Shown: positions 6,799 through 16,664 of the stretch, piece after piece
Layout: every line of letters begins with the position of its first letter
How positions within the stretch are numbered: the first letter of the stretch is position 1
From: a virus
Taxonomy: Duplodnaviria > Caudoviricetes
Strand: one strand, 5' to 3'
Length of the DNA: 33,863 bases
Virus record (IMG/VR): IMGVR_UViG_3300011334_000184
Coordinates: 1 to 33,863 of that record
Program-made: the position numbers and the translations under genes
Notes under the pieces: generated by a model
Told to the model about the DNA's origin: nothing
What the model saw: only the letters and a program-made list of their open reading frames with translations
Databases searched by the model: none

Positions 6799-7206
6799 AT
6801 GGATTTTAGTTTTATTAAGTTGCCTAAGGGCATTAAAATGCGCAATCCGTATAATTCAGAATTAGAATATTTTAAAAAAAATCCCAATGTTGCTGGCATG
6901 GCGGCTGATGATAATAAGGTTATTCTTAACCCGTTTGCAAATAGAAAACCAGAAGAATATCAAAGCGTAGCAATTAATGAGTCATCTAGAATCTTAATGC
7001 GCCAACCAAAATATGCTCCAAAATTTGATTTAACTTACCAACAAAAATCATTTCTAGATAGCACTTCTTATAGAAACGCATCTGAAGATGATAGAAAAGC
7101 TACTATTGCTGCAAGGATTTTATCTGGAGACCCGTCTGCTGGTATTCCTTCTAATGAACAAATGTTATTTGCAAGTGAGTTGCGCAAACAATTAGGTTTA
7201 GAGTAA
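6799..7206 (+). CDS. Hypothetical protein
   Basis: 135 aa, SD AGGAG, between rusA and terS. Confidence 0.75.
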   Translation: MDFSFIKLPKGIKMRNPYNSELEYFKKNPNVAGMAADDNKVILNPFANRKPEEYQSVAINESSRILMRQPKYAPKFDLTYQQKSFLDSTSYRNASEDDRKATIAARILSGDPSAGIPSNEQMLFASELRKQLGLE

Positions 7207-7667
7207 TGGCTGAAAAAGAAGATACAAGGAAGATTAAACGCATCCCATCTCTAAAGAATTATGGTGGTGTGCGTACTATTCAGAAAACACTAGAGCGTTC
7301 TGCAACATTAGAGGCTAATCGTGAGGCCGTCGCTTATGCGTTGCTGACAATGGCTAACACAAACCTTACTGACATTATGAGTTGGGATGAGAATGGTACG
7401 GTCAAAGTCAAAGCGTCAAAAGATATTCCTGAGCATGCGTTACAGGCGATTAAGAGTATCAAGTCGAATACAAGGTATGATAAGGATGGCGGTGCGACGA
7501 CGACTATCGACATCGAATTGTTTGATAAAATTGGCGTTCTGCGGTTATTGGCAAAAGCGTCTGGGTTACTTGACCAACAGCAAGAATCAGACAAGCCATC
7601 AGTCATTGGCGTAAACATTGTGGCTCCTGACCCTATAGATGCAGAGGTAATAGATGGCGAAAACTAA
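7206..7667 (+). CDS. terS: Terminase small subunit
   Basis: Directly upstream of TerL; ..IDIELFDKIGVLRLLAK.. C-terminal pattern typical of small terminases. Confidence 0.75.
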   Translation: MAEKEDTRKIKRIPSLKNYGGVRTIQKTLERSATLEANREAVAYALLTMANTNLTDIMSWDENGTVKVKASKDIPEHALQAIKSIKSNTRYDKDGGATTTIDIELFDKIGVLRLLAKASGLLDQQQESDKPSVIGVNIVAPDPIDAEVIDGEN

Positions 7668-9210
7668 AGAACAGTCTGCCAAACAGGTTTCGTTTGACGG
7701 ATTAAACCTAAACTTCTCTAAGTCACCAGAAGTATATAAGTTCCTGCAAGATGATTCATTCGTGCAAGGCTTGATGGGGCCTGTAGGTAGTGGCAAGTCA
7801 TACGCCTGCTGTGCAAAAATTTTCATAAAAGCGTTACAACAAAAGCCATCGCCTGTTGACAACGTGCGTTATACCCGTTTTGCTGTAGTCCGTAACAGTT
7901 ATCCTATGTTAAAGACAACGACTATTAAGACATGGCTTGACCTATTCCCAGAGTCTACGTTTGGCCCTATGCTGTGGACTCCACCTATTACTCACCATAT
8001 ACGTTTGCCTGCAAAGGGAGATGCTGCTGGGGTTGACTGCGAGGTTATTTTCTTAGCACTAGACCAACCTAAAGATGTGCGTAAACTTTTGTCCTTGGAA
8101 CTTACAGGAGCATGGGTCAATGAAGCCAGAGAACTTCCTAAAGCTGTTATTGATGGGCTTACTCATCGGGTGGGTCGCTATCCTACAAAGCGTGACGGTG
8201 GCGCAACATGGCATGGGGTCTTTATGGACACCAACCCAATGGATGATGACCATTGGTGGCACAGAGTAGCAGAGAAAGAAAAGGTAACAGGTGCATACGC
8301 TTGGAACTTCTTTAATCAACCAGGTGGCGTGATTGAAGTTGACCCTGCTAACTTGCCTGATAACCCAGAAGCTAATGACCATATCTTTGCGTCAGGGCGT
8401 TGGTGGAAGATTAACCCTAAAGCAGAAAACTTAAACAACCTTCCTGCTGGCTACTATCCACAGATGCTTGGTGGTAAGAACCTTGACTGGATTCGCTGTT
8501 ACGCAGAAGGTAAGTACACCTATGTGCAAGAAGGTCGCCCTGTATGGCCTGAGTATAACGACCAAATGATGTCAGCTACCGTGGAGTATGATGACTCACA
8601 GCCAATACAGATTGGTTTGGACTTTGGTTTAACGCCAGCAGCAGTAGTTGGACAGCGTTTAGCCAATGGCAGATGGGTAGTCTTGCATGAGATTGTTACT
8701 GAGGACATGGGCTTAGAGCGATTTGGTCAACAATTACTTGCAGAGCTGAACGCACGTTACCCTAAAGCACAGGTAATGATGTGGGGAGACCCTGCTGGTA
8801 TGCAAAGGGATGCCATTTATGAAGTCACCGCGTTCGATTATCTCAGAACTCTTGGTCTACGGGCACAACCAACCCATTCGAACGACTTTAAAGTCCGTCG
8901 TGAGGGTGCTGCTGCTCCTATGCAACGTCTTATTGATGGTAAACCTGGACTAATTGTAGACACTTCATGCAAGATGCTACGTAAATCATTGGCTGGTGGG
9001 TACCATTTCAAGCGTGTATCAGTAGGGGCAGGGCAAGAACGCTTCCGTGATGCACCAAATAAGAACGAACACTCCCACGTTGGTGATGCTTTTGGCTATC
9101 TGATGCTTGGTGGTGGGGAACATAAGCGCATGACACGTAATCCACTAGCTTCTAGTGGCCCTATCTTTGCTAAAACTGTGATGACAGACTTCGATGTATT
9201 TAAATATTAA
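7654..9210 (+). CDS. terL: Terminase large subunit
   Basis: Walker A GPVGSGKS, Walker B AWVNE, motif III DTNP, nuclease IGLDFG and HVGDA. Confidence 0.95.
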   Translation: MAKTKEQSAKQVSFDGLNLNFSKSPEVYKFLQDDSFVQGLMGPVGSGKSYACCAKIFIKALQQKPSPVDNVRYTRFAVVRNSYPMLKTTTIKTWLDLFPESTFGPMLWTPPITHHIRLPAKGDAAGVDCEVIFLALDQPKDVRKLLSLELTGAWVNEARELPKAVIDGLTHRVGRYPTKRDGGATWHGVFMDTNPMDDDHWWHRVAEKEKVTGAYAWNFFNQPGGVIEVDPANLPDNPEANDHIFASGRWWKINPKAENLNNLPAGYYPQMLGGKNLDWIRCYAEGKYTYVQEGRPVWPEYNDQMMSATVEYDDSQPIQIGLDFGLTPAAVVGQRLANGRWVVLHEIVTEDMGLERFGQQLLAELNARYPKAQVMMWGDPAGMQRDAIYEVTAFDYLRTLGLRAQPTHSNDFKVRREGAAAPMQRLIDGKPGLIVDTSCKMLRKSLAGGYHFKRVSVGAGQERFRDAPNKNEHSHVGDAFGYLMLGGGEHKRMTRNPLASSGPIFAKTVMTDFDVFKY

Positions 9211-9682
9211 GGAATTAAACGAAAATATGCCAAAGATAAATGGGGTGATATTTGCTCCGTTTGTTTTTGAGCATGCAATGGACATTGAAGGCGGTGAGTT
9301 TGCTGGATATTCTGCACAGCGCATGGTTGGCATAAAGACAATGCTAGAAACCCAAGCACAATTTGGATTTGCCTACACTTGTTTCCTACATGGACAACCT
9401 GTTGCTGTATTTGGCTGTAGTCTACTGTGGAATGGCGTAGCGGAGATGTGGTCTGTCATTGGAGACGTAGCAAGAACTAAGCCAATTGCCATGACAAAAG
9501 TTGGAATTGCCTTTGCAGATATATCTGAGATAGCGATGGGCTTGCATAGATTGCAAATAACTGTTAAAACGTCTGATAATCGCGCTATTAATTGGGCTAG
9601 AGCTATCGGCTTTATATCCGAGTGTACCATGAGCCAATATAGTGAAGATAAATTAGACTTTAATTTAATGGTTAGGAGATAA
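9194..9682 (+). CDS. GNAT-fold virion assembly protein (T7 gp13-like)
   Basis: PVAVFG...WNGVAEMW...LHRLQITV...N.RAINWARAIGF.SE acetyltransferase-like pattern. Confidence 0.65.
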   Translation: MYLNIKELNENMPKINGVIFAPFVFEHAMDIEGGEFAGYSAQRMVGIKTMLETQAQFGFAYTCFLHGQPVAVFGCSLLWNGVAEMWSVIGDVARTKPIAMTKVGIAFADISEIAMGLHRLQITVKTSDNRAINWARAIGFISECTMSQYSEDKLDFNLMVRR

Positions 9683-9684
9683 GC

Positions 9685-9924
9685 ATGGGTGGATTAGTTG
9701 GCGGTGGTGATGGTGGCGCGGGTGCAGCAAGAGAACAATTAGCACAACAGCAAGCAGAAACAGCTCGTTTGCGTCAACAAGAGATGGAAACAAAGCGAAG
9801 CATGGGTGAGGAATTAGCATCTAAACGTTTAGCTCGCGCTCGCGGTGGTGCTCGTATGTTATTGTCAGAGGCCCGTACAAATCCAGAAGAAGGCTTATCT
9901 ACTCAAACTACATTAGGTGCTTAA
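9685..9924 (+). CDS. Small virion/tail assembly protein (T7 gp7.3-like position)
   Basis: Gly-rich N-terminus, coiled coil, basic segment, ends TLGA; upstream of the portal. Confidence 0.55.
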   Translation: MGGLVGGGDGGAGAAREQLAQQQAETARLRQQEMETKRSMGEELASKRLARARGGARMLLSEARTNPEEGLSTQTTLGA

Positions 9925-9925
9925 T

Positions 9926-10081
9926 ATGAAATCAGGTCTCTATGCAAATATTCATGCAAAACGTAAGCGTATTGAAGGTGGCTCTAAAGAAGAAATGCGT
10001 GAGCCTGGTTCAGAAGGCGCTCCTACAGATGCTGCATTTAAAAAAGCGGCTAAAACAGCTATGAAGGCTAAGAAAAAATAG
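9926..10081 (+). CDS. Small conserved peptide (51 aa, MKSGLYANIHAKRKRI...GAPT..AFKKAAKTA), not in ORF track
   Basis: Fills the gap exactly; motif recalled from aquatic phage head modules. Confidence 0.75.
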   Translation: MKSGLYANIHAKRKRIEGGSKEEMREPGSEGAPTDAAFKKAAKTAMKAKKK

Positions 10082-10666
10082 ATGGCTATTCAAGTAGAAC
10101 GCGAGTCTATTACCACCAAGTCTAGGTTTGTATCGCCTACCTATACAGATAATAGTGGTTTGCAACAAGTAGTTGGCTCAGACAGGCCAGCGCCTGTGCT
10201 TGATATTAACCATTTGCGCTTGCATGAAGGCAGGGCTTACAACGCGTATAGAATATATCCTGATGCAGCTAAATTAGCTTCTGGTGCAAGCTGTAATATA
10301 GCAATTGCATGGGCAAGTGGCGTAAGTCCTCATCTATTAATTGATGCAAGTTGTGGCGGAGATTCAGAGCTTTATATTTATGAAGGCTCAACTGTTACTG
10401 GCGGAACATCATTTACAGCCGTGAATCGAAATAGAGTTATTAATTCTGCAAGCGAATCTGCAATTCTAATTAACCCTACTGTTACTAGCGTTGGAACTGA
10501 AATAGCTGCTCATGTTATTTCTGGGGGGACTGGAAAACATGCTAGTGGCGCAGGAACAAATGCTTTAGAGATGGTATTAAGCCCATTAACTACCTATGTA
10601 TTTAGATTAACTAATGTCAACGGTACTGCACACATGGCTGAACTAATTTTAGAGTGGTACGAATAA
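10082..10666 (+). CDS. Hypothetical, probably structural beta-rich protein
   Basis: 194 aa, Ser/Gly/Thr-rich, within the late operon. Confidence 0.7.
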   Translation: MAIQVERESITTKSRFVSPTYTDNSGLQQVVGSDRPAPVLDINHLRLHEGRAYNAYRIYPDAAKLASGASCNIAIAWASGVSPHLLIDASCGGDSELYIYEGSTVTGGTSFTAVNRNRVINSASESAILINPTVTSVGTEIAAHVISGGTGKHASGAGTNALEMVLSPLTTYVFRLTNVNGTAHMAELILEWYE

Positions 10667-10935
10667 TGAGAAAAGAACACAAGAACCCAGAAGGCGGATT
10701 GACAGAAGCTGGTCGTAAATACTTTAAACGTACAGAAGGTTCAAACCTTAAGGCTCCAGTCAAGGAAGGCACTAATCCTAGACGAGTGTCATTTGCTGCG
10801 CGATTTGGTGGAATGGCTGGCCCATTAGTTGATGAGAACGGCAAGCCTACTAGATTGAAACTAGCACTCAAGGCATGGGGCTTTGGTAGTAAAGAAGCAG
10901 CTCGTAACTTTGCAAATAAACACAAGAAAGATTAA
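10666..10935 (+). CDS. Small basic protein (DUF6321-like)
   Basis: KNPEGGLTEAGRK...NLKAPV...RRVSFAARFGGM..PTRL.LALKAWG; TAATG-coupled start at 10666. Confidence 0.7.
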   Translation: MRKEHKNPEGGLTEAGRKYFKRTEGSNLKAPVKEGTNPRRVSFAARFGGMAGPLVDENGKPTRLKLALKAWGFGSKEAARNFANKHKKD

Positions 10936-10937
10936 TC

Positions 10938-12521
10938 ATGGCTGAAATGAAGTTATCTCCAGAGCAAATTATCAAGAGACATGAAATTGCTCTAACTAAA
11001 AAAGAGGAGTTTCGTAGCCTATATGATGAGGCTTACGAGTTTGCTCTGCCACAACGAAATCTGTATGACGGATTTTATGATGGCAAGGTAGGCGGGGCTA
11101 AGAAGATGAATCGTGTGTTTGACGCTACGGCAATCAACTCTACCCAACGCTTTGCTAACCGTATGCAATCAGGCATCTTTCCACCACAAACTAAATGGTG
11201 TCGTCTTGAAGCTGGTACAGATATTCCTGCTGACCGTAAAGCTGAGGCTCAAGGAGCATTAGATGTATATACAGATAAGATGTTTGCTACGATTAAGCAA
11301 TCTAACTTTGACATTGCTGTCGGTGAATCCCTATTAGACTTGTGCGTTGGTACATCTGTAATGATGGTTCAACCAGGTGATGATACTAGCCCAATTAACT
11401 TTATTCCTGTGCCACAGTTCCTAGTAGCCTTTGAAGAAGGTGCTAATGGTCGTGTGGACAATGTGTATCGTCGTATGCGTCTTAAAGGCGAAGCCATTAC
11501 ACAACAATGGAAAGATGCAAAGATTGAAGGCGACTTAGCAAGAAAGATTGAACAAAAGCCTACAGAAGATGTTGAGTTAATTGAAGCGACTGTATTCAAT
11601 GCTGACCGTGGGGATTATGGTTACTATGTTATCCATAAAGAAACTAAGTCTACGATTGTCTATCGTCGTATGAAGTTTAGCCCTTGGGTCGTATCACGCT
11701 ATATGAAAGTAGCTGGTGAAATCTATGGTCGTGGCCCGCTTATCACAGCATTGCCTGACATCAAGACATTGAATAAAGTGCTAGAGTTAGTGCTTAAAAA
11801 TGCTTCATTAGCTATTGCTGGTGTTTATACTGCTGCTGATGATGGCGTACTTAACCCTAATACTGTCACAATCGCTCCAGGCGTGATTATTCCTGTTGCT
11901 CGTAATGGTGGGCCACAAGGTGAGTCATTGAGACCTTTACCGCGCTCTGGTGACTTCAACGTATCACAAATTGTGATGAATGATTTACGTATGAACATTA
12001 AGTCTATTTTGCTTGATGAGTCATTGCCACCAGATAACATGTCTGCTCGCTCTGCTACAGAAGTAGTAGAACGCATGAAACAGTTATCACAGAATTTAGG
12101 TTCTGCATTTGGTCGTTTGATTAATGAGACGATGGTTCCATTAGTAGAGAAGATTCTACAGATTATGGATGAGCGTGGCATTATCGACTTGCCATTAAAA
12201 GTGAATGGCCTTGAGATTAAGGTAACACCTGTTTCTCCATTGGCTATGTCGCAGAACATGGATGATGTACAGAATATCTTGCAGTATGCACAAATAGTAC
12301 AGCAGTCAGGCCCAGAAGGTCAGTTTGCAATGAAAACGGATGCGCTCTTAGATTTGATTGCTGATAAGATGTCTATTCCGCAGGCAGTGCGTAACTCACC
12401 AGCAGAGCGTGATATGATGAAACAGCAAATGGCGGAAATGGCGCAACAAGCTAGAGAACAAGCAGACCCAAATAATCCTGTTGACATGCAATTATTGGAG
12501 GCTATGAAAAATGCAGGCTAG
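10938..12521 (+). CDS. Portal (head-to-tail connector), T7 gp8/BPP-1-like
   Basis: 527 aa; FDATA, RY.K..GEIYGRGP...ALPDIKTLN and SATEV motifs. Confidence 0.95.
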   Translation: MAEMKLSPEQIIKRHEIALTKKEEFRSLYDEAYEFALPQRNLYDGFYDGKVGGAKKMNRVFDATAINSTQRFANRMQSGIFPPQTKWCRLEAGTDIPADRKAEAQGALDVYTDKMFATIKQSNFDIAVGESLLDLCVGTSVMMVQPGDDTSPINFIPVPQFLVAFEEGANGRVDNVYRRMRLKGEAITQQWKDAKIEGDLARKIEQKPTEDVELIEATVFNADRGDYGYYVIHKETKSTIVYRRMKFSPWVVSRYMKVAGEIYGRGPLITALPDIKTLNKVLELVLKNASLAIAGVYTAADDGVLNPNTVTIAPGVIIPVARNGGPQGESLRPLPRSGDFNVSQIVMNDLRMNIKSILLDESLPPDNMSARSATEVVERMKQLSQNLGSAFGRLINETMVPLVEKILQIMDERGIIDLPLKVNGLEIKVTPVSPLAMSQNMDDVQNILQYAQIVQQSGPEGQFAMKTDALLDLIADKMSIPQAVRNSPAERDMMKQQMAEMAQQAREQADPNNPVDMQLLEAMKNAG

Positions 12522-13896
12522 AGATGATATTGCACGCATAGCTTCGGCTAGGGCAGTTGAAATTGCTTCACGAGCAATCAGTCTTGCTTCGTCAGTCAAA
12601 GGCGAAAAGGGAGATAAAGGAGAACCAGGCGAAATTATCCTGAAGAATATTCCAGTCCCTGGAGAGAAAGGCGAAAAAGGAGAGCGTGGCTATACTGGAG
12701 CACAAGGCCCAAAAGGTGACAAAGGCGACAAGGGTGACAAAGGTGACAAAGGTATAGATGCTGTTGGCATTAAAGGCGACAAGGGTGACAAAGGCGATAC
12801 TGGCCCACAAGGCGAGCGTGGATTTATTGGGCCTAGAGGATTTAAAGGTGATGAAGGCGAGCGAGGTTTAACTGGCCCAATCCCTAAACATGAAATTAAA
12901 GGGCTTAAGTTTAGGTTTCAACAAGACGACGGAGAATGGGGCAAGTGGATTATTGTCCCAACAGGCGGTGGCGGTGGCGGTCGTGATGACAAATTATTTG
13001 ACCGTCAAAAAGAATTGATGGAAATTGCTGATGCTTATAAGAGTAATACAAATCCATTCCCAATAGTTTATCCGCCCGCTGGCATCCCTAATTCAACAGG
13101 TAGCGCATGGGGTACATCTTATGGTGTGACAGGCACAGGTAGTGTTGTATTAAGTGACAGCCCAACAATTACAGGCAATGTAAATATCGGAGTATCTCAA
13201 TATGGGAATGCTGGAATCAGCACATTAATTAATAACGGAGTGCAAAATAACAATTTTGGAACAAGCGTAGAAGTTATTAATAACATTGGCAAAGAAACAG
13301 ACGAGAATTTTCTTGGGTCAGAAACAATATTTAGGGGAAAAGTGACTTTTCAATCAAGTGCTTATTCTAGTTGGGATAACTGTGCAATTCAGATGCCTTT
13401 ATCTGTTACAGGGAGTTTAACTGTATCAGGTGTTTTAACAGCAACAAACTCGTTGCAATTAACAGGTTTGTCCTCAGCCAATCAAAACATTGCTACATCC
13501 CAAACCACAGGTTCGCTAACAATTGGTGGAGCAAATGCTACTGGCACAACAACTATTGGGCAATCTACCGCCACACACACTTTCAATGTTGCAAATGGTA
13601 CGCTTACAACACTTCGTGTAAGAACTATTAACATCGGTGTGGCTGGGGCTAGTAACTCACTTACGAATACAACAATAGGCACTACTGGAGTTCAAGGTAG
13701 CGTAAGAAGTGTTACCTTAGTAAATGGCACGATAAGACAACAAACATTTACAGTAGCAGGGTTACCGACAGGAGTTGCTGGAGCAAGAAGTTTTGTGACT
13801 GATGCATTAGCCCCTTCATTTGGCATGACAGTTGCTAGTGGCGGTTCTGTAGGTGTTCCTGTATATCACGATGGCACTTCATGGAAAGTAGGTTAA
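12511..13896 (+). CDS. Collagen-repeat fibre protein
   Basis: Long G-X-Y run (GEKGDK...), poly-Gly hinge, Thr/Gly-rich beta C-terminus ending YHDGTSWKVG. Confidence 0.8.
   Translation: MQARDDIARIASARAVEIASRAISLASSVKGEKGDKGEPGEIILKNIPVPGEKGEKGERGYTGAQGPKGDKGDKGDKGDKGIDAVGIKGDKGDKGDTGPQGERGFIGPRGFKGDEGERGLTGPIPKHEIKGLKFRFQQDDGEWGKWIIVPTGGGGGGRDDKLFDRQKELMEIADAYKSNTNPFPIVYPPAGIPNSTGSAWGTSYGVTGTGSVVLSDSPTITGNVNIGVSQYGNAGISTLINNGVQNNNFGTSVEVINNIGKETDENFLGSETIFRGKVTFQSSAYSSWDNCAIQMPLSVTGSLTVSGVLTATNSLQLTGLSSANQNIATSQTTGSLTIGGANATGTTTIGQSTATHTFNVANGTLTTLRVRTINIGVAGASNSLTNTTIGTTGVQGSVRSVTLVNGTIRQQTFTVAGLPTGVAGARSFVTDALAPSFGMTVASGGSVGVPVYHDGTSWKVG
12712..12797 (+). repeat. 9-bp codon-level tandem repeats encoding (GDK)n
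   Basis: aaaggtgac/aaaggcgac/aagggtgac units. Confidence 0.8.
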
Positions 13897-13898
13897 AT

Positions 13899-14165
13899 AT
13901 GGCACTATTAAAAGCGGTAAACACAGTATTCGGAATTGATGCAAACTATTGGAATATATATTCTATTAGCGAAGATTTCAAAAACAAATCACTTGAAGTA
14001 GTTATCAATGGTTATGTAAGCAAAGAAGTGCGAGATGAAAATCTTAATCCTATAGCATGGAATAACTTAACATTTGCTGGTGAAGATTATATTAAAGATG
14101 CTACTCGTAAAGCAGTCTACGAGAAGCTAAAGACAACTGACTTTGCAGATGCCGAGGATGTATAA
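13899..14165 (+). CDS. Hypothetical protein, possible fibre chaperone
   Basis: MALLK...GIDANYW...DAEDV, immediately after the fibre gene; start placed at 13899. Confidence 0.65.
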   Translation: MALLKAVNTVFGIDANYWNIYSISEDFKNKSLEVVINGYVSKEVRDENLNPIAWNNLTFAGEDYIKDATRKAVYEKLKTTDFADAEDV

Positions 14166-14440
14166 TGGCTCAACTAGACGGATGGGAAGGGCTAGAAGCA
14201 CAGCAAACAGATATTCGTGATGTAGAGCAAGCCCGTGAGGACTTGTCTAAACTATGCCACCGAGTGTTAGCTTCTAATGAAGAAGGTAAAAAATTAATGG
14301 AATGGTTACGCCAAACCATATTAGAGCATCCTGTAGCCGTACCAGGAGCTGACCCTAGCTACGCGTTCTATCGCGAAGGTCAATGTAGCGTTGTACGGGA
14401 TTTGGAATATCGTATAAAACAAGCAAAGGAACTTAAATGA
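14165..14440 (+). CDS. Bbp19-like head-module protein
   Basis: EGKKLMEWL...AFYREGQCSVV pattern, directly before the scaffold gene. Confidence 0.7.
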   Translation: MAQLDGWEGLEAQQTDIRDVEQAREDLSKLCHRVLASNEEGKKLMEWLRQTILEHPVAVPGADPSYAFYREGQCSVVRDLEYRIKQAKELK

Positions 14441-15210
14441 CCGAAGAAACAAACCAACCCCAAGCTGAGGAACAAGTCAGCGAAGGCTTATTGGATAATG
14501 CTTCATTTGAAAGTCAAGAACCAGTAGATGCAAACAAACCAGAAATTAGCCATCTACAAGAACCAGAAGATGATAGTCCTTTAGAGCGACCAGATTGGTG
14601 GCCTGAGAACTTCTGGAAGAAGGATGATGCAGAGCCTGACCTTGAGGCAATTGCAAAATCATGGACAGATTTGCGTAAGCAGATTAGTCAAGGTAAACAC
14701 AAAGCGCCAGAAGATGGCAACTACGACTTCTCTGCATTTGGCAATACGCCAGAAGATGACCCAGTACGACAACACGTTGCTGGCTGGGCTAAAGAGTATG
14801 GTGTTAGCCAAGTAGCATTAGATGCGTTGGTTAGTAAAGTAGTTGAGATGGGTGGCGAACAACAGCAGCAGGTTAAATTCAATGCTGCTGCTGAGAAAAA
14901 AGCCCTTGGCCCTAATGCCGATACAATCATTAAAGGCATGACGGAATGGGGTGCTGGCTTAGTAAACAAAGGTATCTGGGGCAAAGACGACTTTGAAGAA
15001 TTTAAAATCATGGGCGGTACAGCCAATGGTATTAAGGCTTTGATGAAACTTCGCGAGTCATACGAAGGTCGTATTCCAACGCAATCAGCTCCTGTAGATG
15101 GCGCACCATCTAAAGATGAATTGATGTCAATGGTTGGAGACCCGAAATACAAGACAGACCCAGCTTATCGTGCTAAAGTGGAACGTATGTTTAATCAAGC
15201 ATTTGGTTAA
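14437..15210 (+). CDS. Capsid scaffolding protein
   Basis: Acidic N-terminus, RPDWWPENFW, C-terminal DPKYKTDPAYRAKV; precedes the capsid gene. Confidence 0.8.
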   Translation: MTEETNQPQAEEQVSEGLLDNASFESQEPVDANKPEISHLQEPEDDSPLERPDWWPENFWKKDDAEPDLEAIAKSWTDLRKQISQGKHKAPEDGNYDFSAFGNTPEDDPVRQHVAGWAKEYGVSQVALDALVSKVVEMGGEQQQQVKFNAAAEKKALGPNADTIIKGMTEWGAGLVNKGIWGKDDFEEFKIMGGTANGIKALMKLRESYEGRIPTQSAPVDGAPSKDELMSMVGDPKYKTDPAYRAKVERMFNQAFG

Positions 15211-15231
15211 GCTGAATCTCCGATAAGATTC

Positions 15232-15256
15232 TGCCCACTTCGGTGGGCATTTTTTT
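15232..15256 (+). terminator. Rho-independent terminator
   Basis: TGCCCAC-TTCG-GTGGGCA followed by T7. Confidence 0.9.
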
Positions 15257-15466
15257 GCCTGTATAATAAATATTTTTAATTAAACTTGCAAAGTCTATTG
15301 TATTTGCTTATGGACTGTGATATAAAGAGCGTGGGCATATCATTAAATTGACCCCGAACACAAGTAATCTTGTCGACTGGCTTCCGTAAGTAGCAAGCAA
15401 TGGCCCGCTTCGCGGCACACCACAGCACCAAAACTTTATTTTTAATTCGTTATTAGGAGATACATT

Positions 15467-16312
15467 ATGAGCATGTCTTTATCAAATGCTTTTGTAACCC
15501 TCTTTGACGCAGAAGTTAAACAAGCATACCAAGGTAAAGCAATGTTGGTAGGTGCTGTACGTCAGCGTCGTGGAGTTGAAGGTTCTACAGTTAAGTTTCC
15601 AAAAGTGGGTCGTGGCGTTGCTACTCCTCGCGTTGGTCAAACAGATGTTACACCATTAAACGTTGGTTTTTCTAACGTTACATTGACACTAGAAGATTGG
15701 ATTGCAGCTGAATACAGCGACATTTTCAGTCAACAAAAAGTAAACTTTGATGAGCGTTCAGAGCTTGTTCAAGTGTTAGGTAATGCTATTGGCCGTCGTC
15801 AAGACCAATTGGTATTAAGCGCTCTTGCTAACTCAGGCACATCATTGACTGTTAGTAATGACGTTGGTGGTACTGACACTAACATGAACGTAGCTAAACT
15901 TCGTCAAGCTAAAGGCTTGATGGACAAAAACAACGTTCCGCCAACAGACCGTCATATTGTTATCCACTCAAATGGGTTGCAATCATTGTTGTCAGAAACT
16001 GCTGTAACTAGCTCTGACTTTAATACTGTTAAAGCACTTGTTGCTGGCGAACTTGATACATTCTTGGGCTTCCAATTCCATGTATTAGGTGACCGTGCAG
16101 AAGGCGGTTTGGCAATTGATGGTTCACTTGACCGTACATGCTTTGCGTTCCACAAAGACGCTATCGGCTATGGCGAAGGTATTGCACCAAAAACAGAGAT
16201 TAACTACATCCCAGAAAAAACATCATTCTTGGTTGCATCTATGTTCTCTGCTGGCGCAACTACTATTGATGCCGAAGGTATTGTTTCAATCGTAGCTCGT
16301 GAAACAGCTTAA
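15467..16312 (+). CDS. Major capsid protein
   Basis: 281 aa, strong SD AGGAG, F...F..EVKQAYQ start; follows the scaffold gene. Confidence 0.9.
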   Translation: MSMSLSNAFVTLFDAEVKQAYQGKAMLVGAVRQRRGVEGSTVKFPKVGRGVATPRVGQTDVTPLNVGFSNVTLTLEDWIAAEYSDIFSQQKVNFDERSELVQVLGNAIGRRQDQLVLSALANSGTSLTVSNDVGGTDTNMNVAKLRQAKGLMDKNNVPPTDRHIVIHSNGLQSLLSETAVTSSDFNTVKALVAGELDTFLGFQFHVLGDRAEGGLAIDGSLDRTCFAFHKDAIGYGEGIAPKTEINYIPEKTSFLVASMFSAGATTIDAEGIVSIVARETA

Positions 16313-16324
16313 GGAGAATAGATA

Positions 16325-16597
16325 ATGGCTTATTCAGCAACTGGTTTTGCAACAATCGCAGCTTCTAAGGGTGGCGCAGCTCCAAGCATCTACTCTTATA
16401 AGACTGCTGATACTCAAGCAACTGTAAATACATCTGGTTACTTTAATGGTTTGTCAACAATGCTTTCTGTTGGCGACATCATTTTTGTTTACGATACAAC
16501 TACTCCATCAGTAGTGCTAACTTATGTTCGCGCTAACTCTGGCGGTGTTGTTGACATTGCAGATGGTACAACTGTAAGTGCAACTAATACTGACTAA
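16325..16597 (+). CDS. Capsid decoration/cement protein
   Basis: Small Thr/Ser/Ala-rich protein after the MCP with strong SD AAGGAG, followed by a terminator. Confidence 0.65.
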   Translation: MAYSATGFATIAASKGGAAPSIYSYKTADTQATVNTSGYFNGLSTMLSVGDIIFVYDTTTPSVVLTYVRANSGGVVDIADGTTVSATNTD

Positions 16598-16612
16598 TCA
16601 GTATTAAAAACT

Positions 16613-16645
16613 AGCTACTCTGCTCAAAAGGTGGAGTAGCTTTTT
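16613..16645 (+). terminator. Rho-independent terminator after the capsid genes
   Basis: AGCTACTCTGC...GTGGAGTAGCT followed by a T-run. Confidence 0.8.
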
Positions 16646-16664
16646 ATTATATGTAGGGGTAAAC

